DNA of 64,000 nucleotides from assembly GCF_009914755.1 (NCBI RefSeq), contig NC_060931.1; one strand, given 5' to 3'. The stretch is from the human T2T-CHM13v2.0 reference genome, Homo sapiens. The translations under genes were made by a program, and so were the position numbers. A model generated the notes under the pieces. The model searched no databases, was not told the DNA's origin, and saw only the letters and a program-made list of their open reading frames with translations. This document shows, piece after piece, positions 13,816 through 27,755 of this stretch; within the stretch, counting starts at the first letter, position 1; each line of letters starts with the position of its first letter.

Positions 13816-14615
13816 AGAGAGAAAACCTCTCGGTACTTGTTCTTGTCAAGTGGTAAGGGATACTTTAAAAAAAAAAAAACCTACCATGAAGAACAACTCA
13901 CCTATTGCAAGTTTTTGATCTGTAGGTCAGAGAAGTGACCTTTTAACACGAATATTATTTGAATGGCGTTGTCAGGTTACTTTCACTGGGGAAAAAAATA
14001 AAAAATCCATGAATATTCAGTGATACAAATGGTTAGCAGAAGACAATGCTAAAAATGAAGGGTATTATGACAGCCAACTGTTTTAAAACTTCAAGTTTGG
14101 AGATCTTTGTTACTTAGAATTTTGTAATCTGAACAATTATTCTGAAAGATTTTGATGGATCATTAGATAGGCAAGCATCTGTTCAAGTAAAACTGGTTAT
14201 TTGCTGACAAAGCAGAAGATAATTAAGAATCATAATTAACTATAAGCTAGACATAAGTCAGGATTATAACACTTATTATAACCATGTATAATGATAAAAT
14301 TTCTCATTATATTCATCTAAAGATTTTTGGGTGCTTACCGTGAGCCAGGCACTGTGTTAGGAGGCAAGCAAAAGTTACAAAGAATGGATGATAATCTTTT
14401 GTTATAAAATGTAGACTGTTGTTCTTAGGACCACAATTCAAAGAGGAAGTGTAAGACAAAAGTTCAAGAAGGGCAGTGGAAGTGAATGTGGAACATACTG
14501 AAGGATTTTACAACACACTTTGAAACGTTTAAAAAACCTGCAATGATTTTACTTGAATGCGGAAAGACAGAATGCTAAAGCTCAAGCATTGAAAGAGAAC
14601 TAAATACATAGGGTG

Positions 14616-15297
<682 letters not shown>

Positions 15298-15375
15298 GAT
15301 AGTAACTTGCTGTAGACACTGTCTACAGAGTAACAAACATAGGCAATTAACTGAACATGGGAACAAGACTTAGTT

Positions 15376-15699
15376 GGCCAAAGGTGGTGGTGCTTGCCTC
15401 CAATCCCAGCACTTTGGGAAACTGAGGCAGGTGGATTGCTTTGGCCCAGGAGTTTAAGACCAGCCTGGGCAATATGGCAAAACCTCATCTCTACAAAAAG
15501 TGCAAAAGGTTAGCCAGGCATGGTAGTGTGGTGATACATGCCTGTGGTCCCAGCTACTCTACCCTGAAGGCTGAAGTGGGAGGATAGCTTCAGCCCGGGA
15601 AGCAGAGGTTGCAGTGAGCTGTGATCATGCCGCTGTCCTCCAGCCTGGGTGACAGAGGGAGACCCTGCCTGGGAGAAAAATAAAAATTAAAAAAAAAAA
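15376..15699 (+). mobile_element. AluJ
   Basis: gcccaggagtttaagaccagcctgggcaat; ggaggatagctt; A-rich tail. Confidence 0.9.
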
Positions 15700-16880
15700 G
15701 TCACTTCTGACTATAGGGATTATCTGGGAGTCTGCAAGGTCTTCTAAAAGGTGATATTTTAAATTTAAAAAGTTACCTATTTTTAACTCCTGGTAGAAGT
15801 AAACATTGTTCTTCCTTGAAAACATAAACAAAACAACACGAACATCTCAGTATTGATTTGTCATCTCCTTTTGGACCAGATCAAAGATCTGCCTGAGATA
15901 ATTTGACTTATACATAATATTAAATGGTATTAGAGTGAGGTTACAGTATATGATTTCAGTGTCTTTTATCTCTTACATACTGTGTTCTCTACCCGGAAGG
16001 AGTGAAGCAGACTGAGGGGTCACGTGGTCCTATAGTATAGAAATCATATGTAGAAATTGATTCAGCTCTGATGCATACATATGGATGGATACCTTGATAT
16101 TTAAATGGGACCTCTGTCTCATTTCTCCATCTCCCTAAATAATTAAAAATCAGTTCACTCTTCCGGGAATCATTTTGAATGAATTGAAGAGTAATTTGCA
16201 AAGCAAGACGTATAGGGGAAAGAGCATGCATGTGTGTTTGAGTCTATGGGGACATCGCATTTGGCATGAGGTGCTCAGGATTCAGAGGACTGTCTTGCAT
16301 TTTCCTAGCAGTCAGTGGAGGCCTTAGCATTCCAACCTAGGAAGCTCTATAGATGTAAGCAATGTGTTTGCTTTATTTGACTGCTATTTATATGACAGTG
16401 ACAAACAGATATGGGGTAAACTTACTGTTTTGAAAAGGTCAGACAAAGGCAAGGAAAATAGAAGCAAATGAAGTGAACGCATGAAAAATGATTACTCAAA
16501 GAAAGATACAATTATGCAGAGCCTGAAATCAACTCTTGGTTTAATGTTGTGATATGAGTCTCTCAAGAGAGGACAGCAATCCAAAACCATTTCCCCAGAG
16601 AAGCATGGAATTTTACAGTTAGATATTTATTTATTGTGGGAAGTATTTTTAAACATCTTTCAAAATGCAAATACTTAGTGTCAATGTGTTTTTAGACCCT
16701 CCTCTGTGAAAGAGATACGTAGAATGGTAGAACAAGGTAAGAGTCTAAGGGGAAGTGGGATAAAATTTCAGGAAGTGAGGGGTTGTGAATAGTCTGAAAT
16801 GGAGTATCTGAGCTGCAGGAGGAGCAGCAGCCACTTACTGGTCCCTGCGGGGCCTGTGCCCACTAGGGCATATCAAACCC

Positions 16881-16976
16881 TCTGATGGAGCTGCTCCAGG
16901 CTAGCCTCGTCAAGCCATCTCCCAGCCTCAGGCCGAGGAGATGCCTGACGGGGCCAGCCTGGAGCAGCTGCATCAG
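16881..16976. repeat. GC-rich inverted repeat/hairpin (42- and 40-nt arms, 14-nt loop)
   Basis: Left arm 16881-16922 versus reverse complement of 16937-16976: 37/42 aligned positions identical. Confidence 0.9.
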
Positions 16977-17500
16977 AACCCTACAGCTGTTAAGAACCTT
17001 TATACCAGCAGCCACAATAACACCAAGGTCACACAAGATTTCAAGCAATGGAGGATGCAGCAAGACAGGTGATAGCATCAGTGAAAACTTTAAATGAGCT
17101 ACAAATGTTAACAGTGTTCCCCTGCTTAATTTACTGTTTTCCTAAACAGCTATGAACTATTTGAGGTGAAGCTCAAAAGGACATACTGAGGTCCAGGAAA
17201 TTGAGGTCAAGCTGCATTTTCCAGACAGAGGTTTCAAATCCTACATGAGGAGGAAGGTTATTTACATATTAAGCCTTCTGCGAAGTTCAATAGGTAGACT
17301 CTTGAGAAGGCAAGTCTTGATTTGTAGAAAGGGCTCCATCTCTTAGGCACCTGAGACCCAGGTCACCCTTAGCGTTGCTCAGGTTGTACTTCAGAAGGAC
17401 TCCCAGGTAAGGGAGGAGTGAGAGTTAAATTCTAGCTCCTGACAAGCAGGGCCGTGGGTACCCAGAAGATGGATCACTACTTCTTTATATGCACAAAGAT

Positions 17501-18627
17501 TTTTTTTAATTTTATTGTATTTTAAGTTCTCGGATACATGTGCAGGACGTGCAGGTTTGTTACACAGATAAACGTGTGCCATGGGGCAGCAGCCATCACT
17601 GTAGCTCCAGGCCACCATTTTTTCCTCTGCTGGTGCTGGGGAGACTGGATGGCTTGGTCCCAAGAGGTAGTTCCTACATTTCAGCACACCAGCTGTGGAA
17701 GATCGTGGCCCAACTGCCTCTTTAGGACAGACTCTGACCCATCCCTCCTCACTGAGTGGGCCCTCCCTGCAGGAACTCCAGCAACTCCAGCCAGGGGCTT
17801 AGGGACCAAACTCTGATCTTCCTGGGCCTGAGCCCCTAGTGGGAGGGGCAGCTGTGATCTCCGTGGATCAGTAGATTTAGTCTCTTCTCCTGCTAGCTCT
17901 GAGGAATCCGGACAGCTCAGACGAGTGGGTTTCCCCCGAGCACAGCACACTCCCTCCACCAAAGGACAGTCAAAGTGCTTTGTTAAATGGGTCCTGGATC
18001 CCGTGCCGCCCTGACTGGGTGAGACTTCCCAACAGAGGTCACCAGACACCTTATCCAGGAGCATTCCTACTGGCATCCGGTCGGTGCCCCTTGAGGACAG
18101 AGATCCCAGAGGAAGGAGCAGGAAGCCATCTTTGCCTCCTTAGGTGACATCTCCAAGTGTGGGAGGGACCCAGGTGAATAGTCTGAAGTGAACCCCCAGC
18201 AAACCACAGCACCCCTACAGAGGAAGGACCTGACTATTGAAAGAAAAACAAAACAACAGCATCAACAAAAAAGTCCCCACAAAAACCTCATCCAAAGGTC
18301 AGCAACCTCAAAGATCTGAACCAGACAAACTCATGAAGATGAGAAAGAATCAACCAAAAAAATGCTGAACACTCAAAAGGCCAGAGTGCCTCTTCTCCAA
18401 ACAATCACAATACCTCTCCAGCAAGGACACAGAACTGGGTGGATGATGAGATGGATGAATTAACAGATGTAGGCTTCAGAAGGTGAGTAATAACTGTTGA
18501 GCTAAAGAAGCATGTTCTAACCCAATACCAAAAAGCTAAGGACCACGATAAAAGGCTACAGGAGCTGCTAACTAGAATAACCAGTTGAGAGAGAAACATA
18601 AAAGACCGGATGGAGCTGAAAAACATA
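17501..18627 (-). mobile_element. L1PA (about PA10-13) insertion with 5' inversion: 3' end on minus (17501-17584) fused to 5'UTR+ORF1 start on plus (17585-18627)
   Basis: gatacatgtgcaggacgtgcaggtttgttac is the L1 3' end antisense; atgagaaagaatcaa...ggagctgaaaaac is ORF1 sense; TSD gcacaaagat at 17491-17500 and 18628-18637. Confidence 0.88.
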
Positions 18628-19829
18628 GCACAAAGATATTTTAAATGTACCAAGTCATACAGCCATTGAGACCACATCTTTTTAAGTTTTTAATTTGCAA
18701 AAAGTTGTAGAGGCAGCCCCTATCTCCCTTTGTGGTGTATCAGCCTCAGGGATCTTGGCAGGTGGACCAGCATTGGGATCTTTCACAGCATAATTTATCT
18801 CCATGCTTCTGGTGCTCTGAGTATCTGGATGGTCTGAGACTATTACTATGAAGAACAAAGTCATGATAAGGTATTTCTGCAGCCTAAGAAAACTGCAGCA
18901 TTCTGTTCACTGAGAAATTTGTGCTTCCATAAAAAATGATTTTAAAACCCTATCTATTATTGCAGTGAATAAAATGAGATTTTGAGCCTATTGTTGGATT
19001 TAATCATTATTTTTATGGCAGAACTGGGGTTGTGGGAGTAGTTATAACCAGTTGTGTTCTTTTAATCTCTTTTATTAAGTCATTTATCATAAGTAAAATT
19101 CAGTTTCTGACCTTGGTGCTTTATTTAAGTTTCCAACTTATCTGTTTCTTAGCATGTTTTGTGTTCCCATTTTAAGTCTGTAAGGGTTATAGAATACTTA
19201 TTTCATTTTCTCTATAAGAAACTGTTTAGCAATCTAGGATAGTGTTATGATTAAATGGCAAAAAGAAGAGATAATGTCAAAATTAAAGCTACTTAACAGT
19301 AAGGGGCATGGAAGGCTACATATCAAACCCATCTACACTCAAGCTTCATTTTCAATAGGGGATTTTCTATGGCCTCTTGGCTTTCTTGCTTAGCTTAATC
19401 CAAGATTTCTGATTATCAGGACAAGAGAAGAGACAAAGGGTGAACACAAAAAGTCATTTAGAATAAATGTATGTCATATGATAGTCCAAATTAAATGCTT
19501 TTGGTATTGCTGTATCCATATTCCTTTAGGTTACATCCATTGATTCTTTTTACATCTATCTGCATTGCATAGCCCTGTAATACTTAAAAAATTTCAAACA
19601 GAGTAATGAAAAGCATGGAAATTCAAAAGACAACAGTGAAAGTAATGGAAAACAGTATTAATAATGTCCAGTGGTTGAATGGCAATGAGTGATACTCAAC
19701 GATTGAGGAGTGAATAAGATTAATTAATTTAACTTTGATGGTGATGTCCTCTCCTAGAATCTTGTTTCCTTTCATGTTTTTGGTACGCATCCTTCCTCTC
19801 TCTGATGTTCTGTTTCAAAATTTACCCTC

Positions 19830-20030
19830 ACTATTAAGCTTTTCCTATTATGCCAACCAAGGTTAACACATTTTTTTTTTCTGAATTCCTATAATAGTGC
19901 TGCTATCCACGCAACTATGGACTTGGTGAGGGCAGGAATAAGATCAGTTTGCATCCCATCAGACCCCTAGCACTGTTAGCATAGAATTGGGATTCACTTG
20001 TTTGTTGAATAAATAAATGTCTGGATAAAT
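19830..20030 (+). mobile_element. L2 3' end
   Basis: tgagggcagg...cctagcact...ttgttgaataaataaatg. Confidence 0.6.
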
Positions 20031-20636
20031 AATTGCCATAAAATTTGTACTTAATTTTCATAGTACTCTCATAAAACTGATATGTGTTGAGTGTGTTTTC
20101 GATTATAAAAATCTTGAAGAGAGGATCAGTGACTTTCAGCTCTTCATTTTCCTACCCTGACAATCCTCAGTTCTAACTATTGAGATTAACCTCATGAAGT
20201 AGAGTACAAGGTACCCAAGGGAAGTCTGGAGTAGTCCCTGTGACATTTCTGGTCTTCACAGAATGGTGTTTGTGGTTGTGGTGAGAAGCAGTGGAAGGTT
20301 CCTCCCACACACATGGTCTTTCACTTTTCCCTGAAATCTGGCACCCTTGACCTGCTTGTAACCTACTTTGTGCTGACCCATTCACCTTAATAAGAAAGGT
20401 AAATATATAAGCATTACAGTCCAAATATTTTTTGAATTTTTATAAATGGTGTTTAATGCTATGAGATTAGAATGAATCTACCATTTGTAGACATTTATTA
20501 AATGTCTACTATCTAAAAATTTAAATGTATGTACATCCTCTTTTTTGACACTCATTCGACACTCATTCACTTCAATGTTTTTAAATATACATACAGATAA
20601 TGACCAAATTTATATCTTGCTGCACTGACTTCTAAA

Positions 20637-20988
20637 CTCTATGCAGCCATGAAAAAGGATGAGTTCATGTCCTTTGCAGGAACATGGATGAAGCTGGAAA
20701 CCATCATTTTCAGCAAACTAACACAGGAAGGAAACACCACGTGTTCTCACGCATAAGTGGGAGTTGAATAATGAGAACACATGGACACAGGGAGGGGAAC
20801 ATCATACACCGGGGCCTGTTGCAGGGTGTGGGGTAGGGGAGGGATCGCGTAAGGAGAAATACCTAATGTAGATGACAGATTGATGGCTGCAGCAAACCAC
20901 CATGGCACATGTATACCTATGTAACAAAGCTGCATGTTCTGCACATGTATCCTAGAACTGACAGCATTATAATGATAATAAAAAAAAT
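20637..20988 (+). mobile_element. L1PA7/8-like 3' end, 5'-truncated
   Basis: tatgcagccatgaaaaaggatgagttcatgtcctttgcagg...gcacatgtatcctagaact plus A tail. Confidence 0.92.
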
Positions 20989-21157
20989 AATGGAGATAGC
21001 ATTAGGGATGTCAGAAGGAGAGCAAGTTTGATTTCAGATACACTGAGTTTTTAATGTCATAAGAGATTTAAACTATACAGTCCAAATTTTTGGAGAAGGA
21101 TTGAGATTTTGTTTTCCTATTACACAAAAGAATCGAAAATGAAAGATTTTATTTTCT

Positions 21158-21476
21158 CAGCATGGATGCATCCAGGTTTTGTGTAGCTGAAAGCTTTATA
21201 CAAATTGGAGGTAGGGGACCTCTTGATACAAAACTACAAATAAAGTACTAAATGGAGTCTTTATTTAATGAAAAAACCCATAACAAATATTTGGAGCCTT
21301 GGATGCTCGAGTCTCTAATTTTTTAAGATGTCAAGTGCTTTACTAGAAATACTTACAATGTTATGATGAAATGCTTCCTGAGTGTAACCTGGCTTCCCTT
21401 CCTTAGACGAGAACTCCTAGAACTCACGGGTCCTGAATCTAAAGCTTAATTCACCTTGCAGTAAATTCTCCTCTGT
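21158..21476. mobile_element. hAT-Tip100 (ORSL-like) DNA transposon fossil
   Basis: atccaggttttgtgtagctgaaagctttatacaaattgg start and gtaaattctcctctg end resemble ORSL termini. Confidence 0.55.
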
Positions 21477-22082
21477 TTGGTCCTTGAGGATTGATAAAGA
21501 CTTATTTTGTGTGTGTATATGACCATAAGATATTTCAAAATGCACTTTTATTTCTTCTTTTTATGTATCTAGGGTAACTTTTAGGTTAAGAAAATGTTTT
21601 ATTTAGGCTTTTCTAATTGCAAAAAACAAAGATTCTCTCAAGCTATTTCAGCAGAGGGAAGGCTCAGTTCAGGAGCTGAGAAAGTGTTCACCCACTCAAC
21701 ATAACCATGTTGGATATATAATGCAATCCAGACCCTGTAACATACAGACACAGCACCTTCTATCAAGGAGAAGGAGTGACTTAGAATCATCATCACATAA
21801 ATACATGTGCAACCGACTGCAATAGTGCTATGAGAGACACAATATGCCGAGCACATATGACAAGGAAACAAACCAGGTCCCCTGGGTTTTGTTTACATGT
21901 TTGCTATATTCCTCTTGTTTTTGATGATATTGCTGGAGGAGACAGAAGGGCCAGGACAATCAAGATTTTCCCGAGCAAGGATTATTTGAGCTGAGATTTA
22001 TGTATGGATAGGTATTTGCTAGGCAAAAGTAGTAGAGATGAGGGATATGAGGTTTCAGGCCATGGAGTTAAGAGACAAGACT

Positions 22083-22390
<308 letters not shown>

Positions 22391-22509
22391 GAAGAATGAA
22401 AACACAATACGCAACATAACATGGTGACTCAAACCTAAGGTTGATTTAGAATTCGCAATAGTTTCAATGAAAGCAAAAAGTCATGAGTCATGTCTCTTCT
22501 TTCTATATC

Positions 22510-22855
22510 TATTCTGTCTAGTTCATGAGTACTGGCCACAGGTGCCTATGAACCCTTGAAACACAGCATTCCAGATTGAGATGAGCTTCCATTGTGAAAT
22601 ACTCAGTATGTATTTGTATGTACATAGTTTGTAAAAGGCTTTGTATGACAAAAAAGGATGCAGGATATCTCATTACAAACTTTCATATTGCTTGCATGTT
22701 ACAATAATAATACTTTGGATATTGGGTAAAATAGATACGAAAATTAAGTCGCTGGTTACTTTATCCTTTTATTAAATGTGGCTACTAGAAAATTTAAAAT
22801 TACACATGTGGCTTACCTCTGTGGCTCCCATTATATTTCTATTGGACATTGCTAT
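22510..22855. mobile_element. MER3/MER33 hAT-Charlie element
   Basis: aatgtggctactagaaaatttaaaattacacatgtggct...atttctattggacattgct. Confidence 0.75.
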
Positions 22856-23804
22856 TTGAGCAATGACTCTTAGCCCTGGCTGTATGTACATCGCCACCCA
22901 CCAGGCCACACAATAGACCTAGGGTAGTAGAATCTCTTAGGGCATCTGCATTTTAGACAAATGACCTCATTTGTTACTAATGATTGTCACACAGGTGTTC
23001 CACAGGCTGTTCCTGTAAATGCCATGGCTCAGATGTGTGTATTATACATTGTTTCTGCTTCTTTCAGCCCTTAAGCCTCTGGTAAGCTGTCTCTTTGAAT
23101 CTAGTCAGAGTCCAGGAATCTTTTCCTGCTAGCATAGCCTCATGTGCGAAATAAGTTGTGTTGATTCATTTGCCATTAGGACGACTGTGGTGGCAGCCTC
23201 CACTCTGGATTTACTCTGTAGGGATTCGTAAGTCATTTTTAGTCCATGACTCTTCTCTTCCCCCTAGGAAGCCCCCACCAGAGACAAAACTAGAGCCGCT
23301 TTTTATACCTGATTTTTCGGAAGTCAGCTTCAGAATGGATTTGTAGAAAATCTTGTATCTCTACCAGCTCATTACACTTTGGGTAACGTTATTGAACGTA
23401 GAATTTAAGTTTTTAAAACAGAAATGTAAGTAGTTTCACGAAAGAACAACTTGTATAGATCATGATAACACCTCGTTAAATTGAATAGATCCTTGTCTTA
23501 GCTGCTAAGTAAGTTGATATTCCTTTAAAATACCATTCATTTGAGAAGCAGCAGGAATAAGTGTAGTTTTTTCCTCTCTCCATTGAACTCCAGCTTCATG
23601 AGATTATTTATTTTATTAAATAAATTCAAGCAACCTCTAAAATGTTCTCAATTTTTGCAGCATGATGTCTAATGTCTTTATATGGAGTGTAAAAACTCTC
23701 ACAGTCTGGTCCAAGTCCAGTCTTGTTCCCCAGTTCTCCCTCTGCTCCAGACACCCTGAATGCCAGCCAAACTGCACTACACATTATCCCTAATGCATGC
23801 TCTG

Positions 23805-24165
23805 TGTATTAGTCTGTTTTCACACTGCTGGTAAAAACGTACCTGAGACTGGGTAATTTATAAAGAAAAAGAGGCTTAATGGACTTATAGTTCTATGTGG
23901 CTGGGGAGGCCTCACAATCCTGATGGAAGGCGAAAAGCATGTCTGACATGGTGGCAGGGAAAGAGGGAATGAGAGCTAAGTGAAAAGAGAAACCCCTTAT
24001 AAAACCATCAGATCTCATGAGACTTATTCACTTCCACAAGAACAGTATAGGGGAACCACCCCCATGATTCAGCGATCTCCTACCGGGTGCCTCCTATAAC
24101 ACTTGGAATTTTGGGAGCTACAGTTCAAAATGACATTTGGGTGGGGACATAGCCAAATGATATCA
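23805..24165 (-). mobile_element. THE1 (B/C-like) MaLR solo LTR with perfect 5-bp TSD
   Basis: tgtattagtctgttttcacactgct...gggtggggacatagccaaatgatatca; ctctg at 23800-23804 and 24166-24170. Confidence 0.92.
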
Positions 24166-24200
24166 CTCTGCTTCTTCAAATCTCTAGTAATTTGAAATTA

Positions 24201-24510
<310 letters not shown>

Positions 24511-24697
24511 TGAAATTAGATTGCTCATCCTAGAATCTTGTAACCCTTCTCCATAACAAACTTCTACTCATCCTCTCTTCTGACACCTTCCTTCCCGACT
24601 CCCTTACATAATGTTAGCTTGCCAAACTCTACTTCAGTACTAAACTCTAAAGGAATTTATTTGCATGTATTACATATTTTTCACAAGTAAGCACTAG

Positions 24698-25123
<426 letters not shown>

Positions 25124-26038
25124 ATGTATTCCAGTTTCTTTAAGCTTCCTATATACAGTGTGATTTAAATCTACTTATCATCTGGATGATTTGTCTTTTA
25201 ATATACTTCCATTTGCTTATGTTGAGTGAAGTTATCTGAGGTTAGAATAACGTACATAAAATGATATGTGAGTTGTAGGCCTTGGAGAGAAGTCTTAAGG
25301 ACACTCCTGTTTTTAGCTATTCTTCTTTTCCATTTGCTGCTGTGGACTGTGGTTTATTTTAGACTAAGGAAGGGCATGGTGCGGGGTTTCCACTGCTGCT
25401 TAAACTGGAGTTGAAATCCTATGTTCTGCTTCCTGGCCCACTCCCAGCCTGCAGAAGCCCCCAGCACTGAGGACAATCTAAACGGGCGGGATTGAATTCA
25501 CCTTATCACCACTTCGCGCCGAAATTTACAGTCTACCTTGAGGGGTTCTGGGTTTTGTTTGTGTTGTTTAAATTGTTGTGGTATTGATATTACTGTTTTA
25601 AAATTAATAATTATGGTAGCATGCTTTGGTTTTGAAGCTTCAGGTTGTATATACTGAAGAGCAACATCTTTAATTTTTATTATTTTTATTTTAGATTCAG
25701 AGGGTACATGTGCAGGCTTGTTACCTGGATATATTTATGTAATGGTGAAATTTGGGCTACTAGGGCACCCATCACCCGAATAGTGATCATTGTATCCAAC
25801 AGTAATTTTTCAACCTTCACCCGCTCTGACCCACCCCACTTTGGAGTCCCCGGTATCTGTAATTTCCATCTATATGTTCATGTGTGTCTATTGTTGAACT
25901 CTCACTTATAAGTAAGAACATGAAGTATTTGATTTTCTATTTCTGAGTTATTTGTCTTAGGATAATGGCCTCCAGCTCAATCCATGTTGCAAAATACATT
26001 ATTTAATCCTTTTTTATGGCTACATAGTATTTCATCAT

Positions 26039-26390
26039 TTTATATATGTAATATATATTTTATATATGTAATATATATTTTATACATATATATTTATATC
26101 TATTTTATATATTTTTTTATATCTATACATATATATTTTATGTATAAAAATGTAATATTTAAACATATATAAATATATATGTAATATATGTATATTATAT
26201 ATTTATATGTGTAATTATATATTACGTATTTTATATATTTCATATATATGTAATATCTATTTTATGTAATATATTACATAACATATATTACATGTATGTT
26301 ATGTAGTATATATTACATATTACATATATACACACATATATATAATATATACACACACAGACACACACACAAACACAGAGACACAAACAT
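26039..26390. repeat. Interrupted (TA)n tract grading into (CA)n
   Basis: About 310 bp almost pure A/T alternation inside the L1 3'UTR. Confidence 0.92.
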
Positions 26391-27732
26391 CTTCTTTTCC
26401 TAGTCATCTGTTGATACACACTTAGGTTGACTCCATGACTTTGCTATTGCAAATAGTGCTGTGATCAACATATGAGTGTTGGGTAGATACACAGTAGTGG
26501 GATGGCTGGATCGAATGGTAGTTTTACATCTTTGAGAGGTCTCCGTATTGTTTTCCATAGAAGTTGTACTAATTTAATTTCCCACCAATGTTATATAAGC
26601 ATTCCCTTTTCTCCGCATCCTTACCAATATCTGATGTTTTTGACTTTTTAGTAATAGCCATTCTGACTTGTATAAGATGATCATCATTGATTTTGATCAT
26701 CTCATTGAGGCTTCAATTTGCATTTCTCTGATGAATACTGATGTTGAGCACATTTTTATATGTTTATTGGCCACTTGTATGACTTTTGATAAATGTCTGT
26801 TCATGTCCTTTGCCCACTTTTTAATTTTTTTGTTGTTGTTGTTGTTTAATGAAGTTGTTCTTTGAGTTCTTTGTAGATTCTGGACGTTAGTCCTTTGTCA
26901 GATGCATAATTTGCAAATATTTTCTTCCATTCTGTAGGTTGTCTGTTTATTCTGTTGTTTATTTCTTTTGGTGTGCAGAAACTTTTTAGTTTAATTGCAT
27001 GTTATTTGTCTATTTTTGGGTTTGTTGCATTTTCTTTGAGGTTTTCATCATAAATTCTTTCCCTAGACCAATGTTCAGAAGAATTTTTCCTAGGATATTT
27101 CATGTTTTTTTAATAGTTTCAGGTCTTACATTCAAGTTTTTAATCTATCTTGTGATAATTTTTGTATATAGTGAGAGGTATGAGTCCAGTTTTTTTAGGC
27201 ATATGGCTCTCCAATTTTCTCAACACCATTTATTGAATAGGATGTCCTTTTCCCATTGTTTATTTATGTTGATTTTGTCACAGATCTCTTGGTTGTGTGT
27301 GGCTTTATTTCTGAATCCTGTTCTATTGATCTGTGTGTCTATTTTTATACCAATACCATGCTGTTTTGGTTATTATAGCCTTACAGTATAATTTGAAATC
27401 AGATAATGTGATGCTCCTTGCTTCGTTCCTTGTGCTTAGGATTACTTTGGCTCTTCGAGCTCTTTTTTGGTTCCATATGAAATTTAGAATTTTTTTTTCT
27501 TATTGTGTGAAAAATGACATTAGCAATTTGATAGGAATTGCATTAAATCTGTAGATTGCTTTGGGGCAGTATAGTCATTTTAACAATATTGATTCTTCCA
27601 ATCCATGAGCATGGGATGTTTTTTTCTTTTGTTTGTCTTCTATGGTTTCTTTCAGCAGTGCTTTGTAGTTCTTGTAAAGATCTTTCACCTCCTTGGCTAA
27701 ACATATTCCTAGATAGTGTGCTTGTGTATGTT

Positions 27733-27755
27733 TGTGTGTGTGTGTGTGTGTGTGT
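27733..27755. repeat. (TG)n microsatellite
   Basis: Direct observation, within L1. Confidence 0.9.

Noticed and set aside
16863-17097. Overlapping sense and antisense ~70-aa ORFs
   Set aside because: Explained by the GC-rich palindrome lacking stop codons; no coding evidence.
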